Source of the DNA: Bugula neritina
Taxonomy: Eukaryota > Animalia > Bryozoa
Reading direction: 5' to 3'
Assembly (NCBI GenBank): GCA_964035545.1
Contig: OZ037773.1
Location: 7,531,751-7,595,750 of the forward strand
DNA: 64,000 nucleotides
The position numbers and the translations under genes are program-made. Shown piece after piece: positions 13,486 through 26,478 of this stretch (its first letter is position 1; every line of letters begins with the position of its first letter). Under the pieces are notes generated by a model that saw only the letters and a list, made by a program, of their open reading frames with translations, was not told the DNA's origin and made no database searches.

Positions 13486-13894
13486 GTAAGTTATTCTTGC
13501 CTATATAACTAGGTGTAATCAATAATAGAAACTTTTATTGGTAAATAGAAAAAATAAATTTGTTGTTAATTTATTGATACTTCAATCTATAGTTATCAGT
13601 ATAGTCTTCATATACATATGTAAATTATTAGTATACGTTGAGCTTAATTCAAGTTTTTATACAACTATTTTTTTACTTGGGCAAAGTTTTTCTGTGCATG
13701 AATTATGTTTTAATAAAAAAGTAATAATGTAGTTCTTGAATAGTAAAATTTTTAAAATGCTTACTTACTTATTCATTTGCACTTGTAATTTTAGTTCAGC
13801 TAATAGCAAATTAAATTGACTGCATGGAATTGTACTTTGATGTTATAAAGCAGCTATAGCTTGTTAATTCTATGATTTATCATTACTTTAGAAC

Positions 13895-16800
13895 ATGGCT
13901 AAGCTACATCTACTGTTAGGAATAGCAGCTTTAATAAGTAAGTATTTTATTTATATGTTAGCAATCAGTTGTATTATACAGTAGATCAAATAACTTACGT
14001 AGCCACCAAGGAGATATGTTGTTAAAATGTATATTAATTTCACAGGTTTTTCTTTATCGAGCTGCTTTACATAAAATATCCAATTCTGATGTTTTTGCTA
14101 TTTTACAACTACATTTTTTGAAAGTAATAGTTTTCATAAATAAGTATTTTTATAATTTTTGAGGATTTGCTGCTGAACAGAATAATCATATAAAGTTTAA
14201 AATTTTTTACTACTGTTGGATACAGTTTGACTTGTTTCCATGGTAATGCAGTGCATGTGTTAAAGTTGAACGGAAATACTATGTCATAGTAAATAAATGC
14301 ACTATTATATAGCAAATATGATAACATTGACATTATTTGGCAGGCATTGCAGTTGCCGGGAGTTACGGGTACAATGCATATATCCCAGGATATTTAGGAG
14401 GAGGAGGTAAGATAACTCCTTACTAACTTCAGTCAGTAATAATGATGAATTAATATACTAGATTGTAGCAATGATAGCTCTATAAATTAAAATACTTTAC
14501 ATATTTGGTACAGTGCTGTGTATATTGTAGTATATGCAGTGTAAGGTACATAACGTGTATGGTATATTCAGTGTAGAGTGCGTGATGTTTATAGTATATA
14601 AAATATAGTATATGATGTAAATTTTAAAGTATAAAAGGTGTAAATTTTATAGTGCATTATACAGCATAGAGTACAAAATAATGTTTGTTGTATGCAATTA
14701 ATTATGCAGTTAAGAGCATTCAAAATGTAAATTGTATAGTGTGGTAGAGAGTTTAAAGTATGAGAAGTGTACGTTTTATAGTGTTATAGTATATAGTTTA
14801 TAGAGTGTGTGAGGTCTATGTTGTATAGTGTAACATAGAGTGTAGAGTATATGCAAGGTGTATATTGTACAGTGTGGTACACATAGTAGTTATGTTACAT
14901 CTTGTTGCGTTTAGGTGGATCTTACTCCTATAACTGGGGAAGATGGGGTCACTGGGGATCTTGCAGCAAGCACTGTGGTGGCGGTTACCAGACTAGGACT
15001 AGGGTGTGCACCCCTCCCTCTTACACCAGATACTACCAGCATGCCAGTACGCAGAACAAATGTGCGGGATACAGCTCGGAGACTAGAGTCTGCAACTCTC
15101 ACTACTGTAAAGGTATGATCTACTTTCTACAACTTTCTTCCAAACAAAATCTTTTTATTCGGGTTTTTCCAGGGACAGTGACTTATATAAACTTGCGTGA
15201 GTTTTATCATAACAAGCAGTGAGCTAATTGTTGAGGAATTTTAAATTCAGCTTGTCTGGTCAAACCTTATTGTATAGCAGCATAAATCAAATTGATTTAA
15301 AACACTCTATAGTCTATATTATAATATGAAGTTGAACAATAAGATTTTTTGTGTTTAAGAGGTTGCAAATTACATGTGTTGCTTAGTGTTTTCTGGAATT
15401 GACATTATTTGGATAAGTTAAAACAATATCAGCATAAATCATGTGTATTTATTTTAGTGAATGGCGCATGGAGTGAGTGGGGGTATTATGGAGAATGTTC
15501 TAAGAAATGTGGTACAGGATATAAATCTAGATCTAGAACTTGTACCAACCCAGCTCCATCATATGGTGGTTCAGATTGTTATGGTAGCTCTACTGAAACT
15601 ACAGCTTGCTATGGAACCCACTGTGCAGGTGAGGTTTAATCAATATTGTTAATGGGCTTGCTTGAATGCAACTTAGAGTTTGACAGCTTTTAGTTTCAAC
15701 TTTTAAACAATGCATAAATGTCCAAAACAGTTGCTTCTGTTGAAGGTTTCAAATATGTAATGGTAAATATATTTGACCTGTTTGAACTACGTATTTTTTT
15801 AAAACATTCACTATTTTTTATTTTAGTACATGGCGCATGGAGTGAGTGGGGGTATTATGGAGAATGTTCTAAGAAATGTGGTACAGGATATAAATCTAGA
15901 TCTAGAACTTGCACCAACCCAGCTCCATCATATGGTGGTTCAGATTGTTATGGTAGTTCCACTGAAACTACAGCTTGCTATGGAAATCACTGTGCAGGTG
16001 AGATTGAGTCCATATTTTTTACGATTTTAATTTTATGTTTTGCCATGTTAGGCATTGTATTGATGTTTAGAATGTTGTTTTTTGCAGTTTGGTAACTGTA
16101 ATCAAAGATAAATTTGAGCTATAAACTATGAAAACTTTCTATGATAAAAAATTATTGTCCATTATAGTGAATGAATTTAAAAACAATTACTTTTCATTTT
16201 AGTAAATGGAGGATGGAGTGAGTGGGGATATTACGGAGATTGTTCAAAAAAATGTGGTACAGGATATAAATCTAGATCTAGAACTTGTACCAACCCAGCT
16301 CCATCATATGGTGGTTCAGATTGCTATGGTAGCTCCACTGAAACTACATCGTGCTATGGAAATCATTGTGCAGGTGAGACTGAATCAAAAACTGACAATC
16401 TAAAGGAGTAACTTTTTGAACATTAAAGAAAGACAAACAACATTTTAGATAAATTTATAAGTAGATACATTTGACCTGTAAACTATACATGCAACCTTTT
16501 GCTAAAACAGTTGGTTTTGATTATAGTAAATGGAGGATGGGGTGAATGGGGATATTATGGAGAATGTTCTAAGAAATGTGGTACAGGATATAAATCTAGA
16601 TCTAGAACTTGTACCAACCCAGCTCCATCATATGGTGGTTCAGATTGCTATGGTAGCTCTACTGAAACTACATCTTGCTATGGAACTCACTGTGCAGGTG
16701 AGATTTAGTATATCTTTTTTATGTTTTTAGTTTTAGGTTTTGCCATTTCAAACATTGCATTGATGTCAAAAAGAGTTGCTTCTTTCGAGCTTGGTAACTG

Positions 16801-18818
16801 TAATGAAAGGTAAATTTGAGCTATAAACTATGAAAACATTTTGTGACAACAAATTATTTTTCATTTTAGTAAATGGAGGATGGAGTGAGTGGGGATATTA
16901 TGGAGAATGTTCTAAGAAATGTGGTACAGGATATAAGTCTAGAACTAGAACTTGTACCAACCCAGCTCCATCATATGGTGGTTCAGATTGCTATGGTAGC
17001 TCTACTGAAACTACAGCTTGCTATGGAAATTACTGTGCAGGTGAGATTTAATCAATATTAAATACAATTTAAAAGAATAAATTTTCAGATATTATATAGA
17101 GGCAAGCATGCTGTTTAACTTTCTAAGTTGATGAAAATATAATAACAAAACAACCATACTTTATACTTTTGCTTAAATGATCAGTTTTTTATAGTAAATG
17201 GAGGATGGAGTGAGTGGGGGTATTATGGAGAATGTTCTAAGAAATGTGGTACAGGATATAAATCTAGATCTAGAACTTGTACCAACCCAGCTCCATCATA
17301 TGGTGGTTCAGATTGCTATGGTAGCTCCACTGAAACTACAGCTTGTTATGGAACTCACTGTCCAGGTATGTATGGCACTTAAGTCTATGAACTCCGCATT
17401 TAGTGGTAAAGCCGTATATTGTCGATATTGTCCAACAGAAAACGCAGTGTATGTTTACACTTGGTGCTGCAGTTGATGGAAACTGGAGTAACTGGGGATA
17501 CTATAGCTCATGCTCAGTTACCTGTGGAACAGGCTACAAGACAAAGACGAGACACTGTAACAACCCAGCCCCAAGCTATGGTGGAAACACATGCTATGGA
17601 AGTAACAGCCACACCGTCAGCTGCAATGCTGGTTATTGCAAAGGTACCTGATTTACTCTGTACTCTGCATATTCTATACTCTGTAGTTTGCACTCTATAA
17701 TACTCTATACTTAGTACCCTATATTCTCTATATTCTATACTCTGTACTCTAGCTGTACTCTGTACTCTATAATACTCTACACTTAGCACTCTCTATTCTC
17801 TATATTCTATATTCTGTACTCTGTACTCTGTACTCTGTACTCTGTACTCTGTACTCTGCACTCTGCACTCTGCAACCTGTACTCTGTAATCTGTATTCTA
17901 TACTCTATACTCTGTACTCTGTACTCTGTACTCTGTACTCTGTATTCTATACTCTGTAAGCTGCACTCTATACTCTATTATATATTATTTAATACTCTCT
18001 ATACTCTTTATACTCTTTATACTCTATGATACTCTATATTCAGTACTCTATACTCTATATTCTATACTTGACACTCTATTCTCAGTACTTTATACTCTGT
18101 GTCCTATTCTTTATATTTTACACTATATCTTCCATAATCTTTGGTCTACTTTCTATGATCTATGATCTATGCTCTATACTCGGTAATCTATTCACAAAAA
18201 TCTATACTCTATAATATGTCTTCTATGCTCTATATCTTACACTCTATCCGTCTCAGTCTAATGTTTTATGCTCTTATATACTCTGTATTCTGTAATTGAT
18301 GTGGTATACCCTTTACTCCATGCTTTATACTTTATACTATATGCTCTATAATCTATACTTAATACACTATTTTTATGTTTTACATTCAGCATTCTAGACT
18401 TTCCTATCTTCACACACTTTATCTTATCTTTTTTTATCCTATGCTGTTCTACCCTTGATAATGCATTGGTACGCACCTTACATATTTAGCTTGTATATTC
18501 CTTTATTTCTTGTTGCGAGCCGTACTAATCCACAATCTACAAACTCTTCATACAAACTTTCATACAAAAACTTTGTAACAAATTATATCTAGAAATAACT
18601 AAACGTGGTAGATATTTTTTAAGCATATAGATAAAACTCCCTGTCTATCACCCTTTTTATTTTAATTTTTTATATGTTACTATGCATTATCATCACTGCT
18701 AAACCGATCTGGCAATGAAAACGTGGCTTGACTCCCCGACTTCTTGAAGGTTGCAATGCATGGTAAACCGAAATATGATTACGTTGTGACTTTTGTGCTT
18801 TTAGGTGGTTACTACTAA
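13895..18818 (+). CDS. Gene C: secreted Tyr/Gly-rich protein with 8 TSP1 repeats (~504 aa)
   Basis: Exons 13895-13937 (MAKLHLLLGIAALI), 14344-14406 (SIAVAGSYGYNAYIPGYLGGG), 14915-15112, seven 171-nt exons (15458-15628, 15827-15997, 16203-16373, 16527-16697, 16870-17040, 17195-17365, 17473-17643) and 18805-18818 (GGYY*). All phase 1. AATAAA at 18897. Confidence 0.92.
15142..15205 (+). mobile_element. 3' fragment of the tRNA-derived SINE
   Basis: ...cagggacagtgacttatataaacttgcgtgagtttt matches the tail of the SINE at 22788-23004 (cagggattgcgactataaacttgcgtgagttttt). Confidence 0.55.
17650..18400 (+). repeat. 7-bp satellite (CTCTGTA/CTCTATA)n, decaying toward its 3' end
   Basis: Perfect ctctgta runs at ~17810-17945 with degenerate flanks, in the last intron of gene C. 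Confidence 0.9.
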
Positions 18819-19822
18819 CTGTTGCCTAGAGAAATTGGCTGTTATCTCTAGAGATATGGAATTTGGTGCATCTAATGTTGCATTTTGCTTCAATTAAATA
18901 AATATATCACAACATACATGTACTAACAGTAAATGGAGTTAGTTTAACAGGTTTTCTTAGGGTAAATTTAATTGTTATTGTTTTTAAGTTACTTTGTAAA
19001 ATACACATTTGTTTACTGCAATCTTTGTTATTTTATTTTCTCACTACCTTTTACTGGCTTTTGCAACACACCTATCAAAGCATTTGGTATTTACATAGAT
19101 ATATTCCACCAAAACTATATAGTATGTATCTACTATGCTGTGTGTGTAGTTCAGTGTTGTTAATACATTTATAACTCATATACACACAGGAGTTGCAAGC
19201 TACAAGTTAATTATACATCATATTACATTTGTTGGCCTACAAACATGATTATTGAGTTTGCCAATGCTTACTGGTAACTATAAGCAACTATGGTAATTAT
19301 TTGAATAAATAAGAAATTCAGGAAAAGTAGCTGTTTTTAAATCAACTTCATTCAGCTAAAATACAAAAAAACTTGATAATAATTCACTATTAAATAGCTA
19401 CAGCAGTTTTGTTTTGCAGTTAAGATTTATGCCAGAAGTGTTAATCCTCTTATGAAGAATTTTTAAATTATAAGTACCCTCATTTAAAAATCAAACTTCA
19501 CTTCAATGAAAATAGAACTATATATTGCAAATATGAAGCAAACAATTGCACCCAAGTTTTGCATTTGAAATATAATCATTTATTTTCTATTAATTTAAAA
19601 AAAGTATTTAGTAAAAGTTTTGCATTTTTAATTTAAAACAATGGAAAAAAAATCAACATTTAAAAACTCAAAAGAAATATTAAGAAAAATTTATTGTAAA
19701 GATACCAAAACATTATTATCAAACTTTATCATAATAAAATAAACTTGATAAAATGTTTAGGTATAGCCAGTATCTCCGTAGTAGGTTCTGCATTTTCCAA
19801 AATATTCAGCTATTTGTCTTGT

Positions 19823-21342
19823 TTAATAGTAAGGACCTACAAACATATTCTTAAAGTGCATTTGTAGTTGAAGAAATATTATTAGCAACGCACTAAATAA
19901 ACACAATATGCATTAGGTTATAGTTCAATATAATAATTATATATAATGCACATTACAAAATATATATTATATATCTTGAACTATATAATTATACAATTTA
20001 TATCACACATTAAAAGTATTTATAAAAGTTATTAAACCATACAGTTATATAATTCTATAAATTGTATATAAAAAAAATAATTTAGAAGTACTCATTATAA
20101 CATTTTTAGTGCATGGAGGAGGAAATATAAATAATTTCTAATTTTGATGTTAAAACATCACTAACACACGTGTCTAGCTGTTCATTTAAAAAAGGTATTG
20201 TCACTCTATCATTGTTGAAGTGAAGAACTTTAAACAAAGAAAACCTAATCAATTACCAGCCTCTGTTGTGACAAAGAAAAAATGGTTTACGCGAAAGCTT
20301 TGAGTTTCAAGTTCCAACTAAAAGGGCCACCATCAATTTATATGGAACAACTTCATTAAAGAGACTTCATCAAAACTACTACTTAAAAAGAATCAATTAT
20401 CTTAAACTCAGAAGCAAAATTGCAATGAATCTGTAACCCAAGCTAATAAAAAAATTGCTCTGCAGATTGAGTTTAGATAATTATCAAACAGCTTTTATAG
20501 CCTGTGTTATATAAACACCGCCACCCTTCTATGCTCTAAAGATAGACTTTTAACTATTAGTACTAACCACAGTTGTGCCCCTTGCAAGAGCGACTCTGAT
20601 TGCCTGAACCACGGCAAGATCTCTTCTTGTAGTGACCTTTGACAATACAAGTTCTTTTTCTGTACTGCTTGCCCGATCCACATCTCTTGTTGCAGCTTGA
20701 CCATGAACCCCACTTGCTCCAGTATGCTATACATATGACATATTAGAGAATAAGTTTGACTGACACTGCAGGTGTCTGCAAGTGATCATAATACGTGTAT
20801 GACAAGGTCTATATCCAGTAGAAAAATAGATTACCCAAGAAAGTTTGTTCTAGGAATAGTAAATATAAAACTCTGCCTTGCGTCTGGTGCTCACACTGTA
20901 CAGAAAATATTATAATAATAACTAATCTTTTGTATGAATACTTGCGTGTGATAACAGCGTGGCATTTGTAGCTATGGTAGTATGAGCTTTAAATGTTTGA
21001 TGACAAGTTGTCATGACTCACTCACCTTTTCGAACAGGTGATCGCTCTTCACTACTTTCACTGCTGCTTTTCTTGCCTTTGCCATGATGCTTCTTTCCAG
21101 CCATGACATCGCTTGCCAATACGGCTGCAACAGAAGTTACACAAAAGTGACCCTTTGACATGCTAACAATTAGTAACAATTTGTCAATAACTGCACTCTC
21201 AAAGGAAACTATTGGCGGCACACATTATAGTTGCGGTGCTTTGTGGTAGTTGTCACCACATGCTAAAGTATGTCATTTTGATGCACTTACCAATGACAAG
21301 GGCGATAGCAAGGGCTAGAAAGGTCAGTTTCATGTAATTCAT
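19823..21342 (-). CDS. Gene D: secreted basic protein with 1 TSP1 repeat (~107 aa)
   Basis: Exons 21342-21291 (MNYMKLTFLALAIALVI), 21124-21026 (AVLASDVMAGKKHHGKGKKSSSESSEERSPVRK), 20726-20568 (AYWSKWGSWSSCNKRCGSGKQYRKRTCIVKGHYKKRSCRGSGNQSRSCKGHNC), 19836-19823 (GPYY*). Confidence 0.9.
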
Positions 21343-22064
21343 GCTAAAAAATATAAAACCATTAAAATATATAACTTATATAAATAAAAATAAAAACATA
21401 CATATTTTAAAATTATAAATAAAGACATATTGTATATGTATTATGTAGATGTAAAGAAATGGAAATCACATGTAAAAACATAAGCATATAAGTGCATAAA
21501 TATCAGAAACCATAAGTATCTGTGTGAATTGTTATAGTTGTAACTTTGATTGGAAACCAATAAGGAGTTTCGTTTTGTTTTGGTAACAATATATTTTCTC
21601 CATTGCAACTTTTCTCAATCTGACGCAACTTTTTAGTTATTAGGTCCTTATGAAATACTTTTTTTTAAATATAAAATGAAGCTTATTATTTCAAAATGTG
21701 AAAGAAGTTTTTTCAATTTTATTTATTTAAAATTGTAAAAGCTGGTTATAGAGGTATGTCAAGCTAGGTGTTATGCAATCAATATAATATAATATAATAT
21801 AATGCAATATAAATATTCATTACAAATGCTTCCACAATTTATATATATATTATGCATTTTCTTGATTGGAATACACTGGAATACAGAAATAAGAAGCATA
21901 TGGCTATAATACCCTCACTACAATAATTAGTCTTTATGTTTGCACGCATGAAGTGTCTATCTGCATAATTTACCAACTATTTTGTTAGAAAAAGAATCTG
22001 CAGTTGTGTAAAAAACCATATAAGCTATAGTTCTGTAGAGGCAGTGGAGGTAAAGTATACTTAC

Positions 22065-22240
22065 ATGAAGTAATGAGTTTAGTATTGAGAATCAACCTGT
22101 GTGTATAGTCTGAGAATCTTCAACTAAGTCTGACAAACTTTTCCATACTTCCACTTATATATACTTTTGTACAGGAAGTAGCGTAACGTCAGATGAGTCG
22201 GCAAACACACAGTCGGGACTTTGTATGTGACGTCACCAGC
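22065..22240 (-). promoter_or_regulatory. Gene D promoter and non-coding exon 1 (CRE, ETS, TATA)
   Basis: TGACGTCA at 22228-22235, ACAGGAAGT at 22171-22179, TATATAA at ~22155-22163, GTAAGT donor at 22064. Block conserved in E and F. Confidence 0.75.
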
Positions 22241-22787
22241 CAACATCATATATTCCTAAACAATATAACAGTAAACAGCATTTAATCATAATTTCTTAAA
22301 GGAGGTTTCATATTAATAAGCAATATATGTCTATTTAGTTTAAATAATTGCTTTTTGAGTTTGTTACATAAAATAGAGATATATGTGATGTTGTGAAATA
22401 TTAATGCATGTGACATAACATATATTGATATGATAATGATAATGTTAAAAGACTTTATGCACAAATAATGTATATAACTTTGTATTATAAAAACAATGAG
22501 AGTTTAGAAATGAAGGAGGAGAAAGTGTCAGTCTCTAATAAATGAGCAGTAAATATGTCTACTTAGTTTGAAAAATTGCACTTTAATTTTGTCTTGCTTA
22601 AATGTCGATACATTTGTAAAAGATACTGGATGTGATGCATGTTGTATATTCATATATTGTATTATAACTTTGCTGTTATACAGGCTTTAAGAGGAAAGCT
22701 ATGTAAAGCTTGCAGATAAAAGCTAATGTTTGAAGCACATGTTCTTACTCACTTTTTCTTTATGACTCAACTTAGCAACATGTTAAA

Positions 22788-23004
22788 AAAACTCACGCAA
22801 GTTTATAGTCGCAATCCCTGTGAGAAACCTCTGATAGAAAGGGTTTTTGTTAAAGCAGGCTATAAGGACTTAGTTGAATGAGGCACAGGAGCATTTATGA
22901 CTGGATGCTCTTCCTACCATCACCAATGGCCTTTGTCCGGGCTCGAACCCATGACCTTCGTGTTGACTAGGCAAACGCTCTAACCCCTAGACCACGACTG
23001 CTCC
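22788..23004 (-). mobile_element. Full-length tRNA-derived SINE with target-site duplication
   Basis: Head GGGAGCAGTCGTGGTCTAGGGGTTAGAGCG...GGGTTCGAGCCC (A and B boxes), T-rich tail, 17-bp direct repeat cttagcaacatgttaaa at 22771-22787 and 23005-23021. A related copy lies at 62723-63066. Confidence 0.88.
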
Positions 23005-26000
23005 CTTAGCAACATGTTAAATGCTCAATAAAACATACTAATTCCCTAGTACTACAATATATACTTGTAAAAAAGGAATTTTGTGCACAAAGAATGTTGG
23101 TATTTAATACTAGGGCTAAGATAAGTAAATAGTTTTTAATCTAAGTGTATTTAAGAAGTTGGTGTAGTATCTAACTTCTTTTTGCAATAAAATAATAATT
23201 TATGGATAACTTGCAAATAAAATATTTTTAATAATTGAAAACAAAATCAAATTTGCATATTCACGATTGTAATACATTTGTGATAAGTTGTGTTCAATTA
23301 TCTTGGAAAGAAGACTGGAAAAAAGACGGCAAAAACTGATATATTTTCTACTTTTTAATACTTCCAGTTAACATGATATATAACACTTCATGTGACATAT
23401 AGTCAATGCTTTATATATAGTATATATTCATCTGAAACTGATAGTTTTCAGGATTCTTATTATTTAATGAGCAATATCTATATTATGAGGTAAAATTTCC
23501 TTGTTGATGATATGAAGTGACATTGAATATTTATTCTTGTGTAACATGTCCCACTATAGGGCTGTTAAACAGCACAAATGTAAACTTCAATGCATGTTTA
23601 TTAAATATTCAAATATTTTCTCAAATCTTACTCTATTAAACATTCCATTAGTATGTTTAGGAGCAATTATTGTGCCCACTTCCCTCTACCCCCCCCCCCC
23701 CTCCTTCACACCGGGCTGTATTGTAAAAATGTCTTCCTTTGATAACAGTTTTCATTGTTATTTTATTTCTTACATATACTCATCATCAGTTCAGGCACAT
23801 CATTGCTACAGCAGCAATTTAAAGATGCTAGAGTAGTGCAGGGAATAAATTTTATTTCATAATAAAAACTTTTTTTAACCAATTATAACTATTGATGTAA
23901 TACTTCATATATTCTGTTTAAACCTGTGGCAGACAGTACCTGCAGCATATATTAAACAGATTTTACATTTTTCGCCATGTTCTTTATTCATACTGGTGAA
24001 CCAATGAATAAGTCAATCCTTCAGGTTTTGAAGGCAATCTGTAAGCTGATGTTATTAATGTATATCAAATCGTTTTGACCAAGTATAAACCCACTGTGCT
24101 CTAAACAGCAAATTAGTTTCAAACTGATGGATATATTTAGTTGGATTTGTTCGTTTTACTTTCATACTTTGAGCAGATAAGGTTTATTGGAATCTATTAT
24201 CTTGCCAGTCGGTACATAGTTTATTTAAGTACAGGGAGCTTCTAAGTTTTTTATACTATAATTTTTGTAATTTTGTGTTATTAATAACATACCAAAATAC
24301 TTGTATAATTTTTTTTCAAATAAAAAAAGATGCATTGAAAACTGAGCTACCATGGATACTTTATTAGCCATTGGAGCGTGACAGAGACAATCGTATCTAT
24401 TACTAGATGTTTATTATTATATATCGATCTACTGTATATTAGTTGTCCATAATTGGGTAAGGGATTATTATTTTGTTAAGTAATAACCATAAGGTTAAAT
24501 CTTCCACCTGTTCAACCAGTGGAAAACTACCCATGAATCATCAATATCTATAAAAGGTTAGATAAATCCCCGGCAAGACTAGGTGATGTTGACATAGGAA
24601 ATATAAGATGGACTTAAGCTGAAATAATTTACAAATAATATACCTATTTGAGTAAAGAATTTGAAGATGTATAGAATAACAATTGCTCCCTTGACATATG
24701 CAGTTTTTTACTTTTGAAAAATTATAATTTAAAAAGTTTTTTTTTTTATATGAGCATTAACATCGATCAATGTTTTTGTGCTCTAAAAAATTTAAAATTT
24801 AATTCTTTTAGCTTTTTCTGATTGAACTGGTAGCAAATTTATCCTCATAAACCATAATTTTAAAATTTAATTTTAAAACTGGAAAATGCAGTTTGTAGGC
24901 TGATCAATAAAATATATAAACTAGCATATATAATGTAATATCTCTGAAAAGGATACTCTATATGCTATCAAAGAACGGTGAAAAGTTAAATTGTAAACTT
25001 CAACTCTACCAGAGTGCAGGCTCATTCCCCATAGCTAAAACTATAAGAACAATTTATTAATAATTTTATTCATGCAGTTTAAAAAACAATTAGAGCATGC
25101 ATGAGAAAAAACTCTTGACTTCAATAAATTTTAGTTTAAAAACTTTTAAGCCTCATGATATAACGGAATACCATAAGTAATTAAAAACTATCATGGCACT
25201 ATAATATAAACACAACTAATATTATTATTAGACACAAAATTAAAAAATATAATTTCTAAAAAATATTAGGTATAATAGGTATAATCTTGAGAATTTTGGA
25301 AGTTAAGAATATTTCACAGTGTGTTGCAATATTGAATGTCAATTTTTAAAACTTTTAGCCTATAACTTTTAGCTTTTTAGAAGCATTCGGGTTTAGTGTT
25401 CTCAGACCTACGGGTATTGTTTACGTTGCTAAGATGCCAAATTCAACTCAGGCTGTAACAGAAAAAGTTGGTTTAAAATGTGAAATGAGGAAGTAGGTGC
25501 ACTAAAGGGGAAATTGATAGACGCCTGTGTTTTAGATTAAAAAGTAGCAAAAACTCACATCCACAGGAATTTTATAAAATAAGCATTAAAGAACTTAGGC
25601 TATTAAAATTTCTCTACCACTGCACCTAAATTGATCCGAAGAGCTATACGTGAATGCAGATCTACGTAAATTAATGTTGAACTTTTAAACTAACATATTT
25701 ACCCTTAAAAAGTTGCTATACTAGCTGTTTACTAGTCACAATTTATATGCATTGACTATAGCTGCAGTGCTATTGAACCACGAGGCTATTTATGCACTGT
25801 AGATCAGTTTTGATTTCTATATAATGTGATTTTTTTTGTTAGACCAAATAGCAACTTGACATGTTTATCGGCCTTTCGTAAAATAAAATCAAACAACGAT
25901 TATTCAAACTATATAAGTGTACATAGATTACATATTAATATGAAGGATCCTTTGAGAAATTATGATTGAATGCCTAAAACTGCATTCTTTAATAATATTT

Positions 26001-26009
26001 AAGGTTGGC

Positions 26010-26182
26010 TGGTTGATGTCACATACAAAGTCTCAGTTGTGTGTTTGCTGACTCATCTGACGTTACGCTACTTCCTGTACGAAAGTGTATATAAGTGGAG
26101 GTGTGGAAGAGTTTGTCAGACTCAGTTGAAGATTCTCAGACTACACACAGGTTGATTCTCAATACTAAACTCATTACTTCAT
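26010..26182 (+). promoter_or_regulatory. Gene E promoter and non-coding exon 1 (AP-1, half-CRE, ETS, TATA)
   Basis: TGATGTCA at 26014, TGACTCA at 26049-26055, TGACGT, ACTTCCTGT, TATATAA at 26088-26094, GTAAGT donor at 26183. Inverted copy of the D promoter. Confidence 0.75.
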
Positions 26183-26478
26183 GTAAGTATACTTTATTTG
26201 CTCTGTTTTTACATAACTATAAACTATTTTTCTAACAAAAGATTTAGCAAAGTGTATATAATAGATTTATGCAAAACGTTGCAAGGTGCACAACTCTTTA
26301 TTTGTTAATTGTAATCAAAGTGATAATAAATTTTCTAAAAGAATCTTATTGCCTAAATACTTTCATGTCTTTTTTGTTTTTCAATATTTTTGCACTTTTT
26401 TATATATTTATATTTCTACAGATCGAGCTATCTATAATTTTTTTCTAATCCATTTATAAACCTTTCATATTTTGCAGC

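Noticed and set aside
15458-17365. CRISPR-like repeat-spacer appearance
   Set aside because: The repeats are 171-nt coding exons with AG/GT boundaries and the spacers are introns; eukaryotic context.
15461-17476. Repeated MEDGVSGDIMENVLRNVVQD ORFs
   Set aside because: Alternative-frame read of the TSR exons; splice phase supports the Cys/Trp frame.
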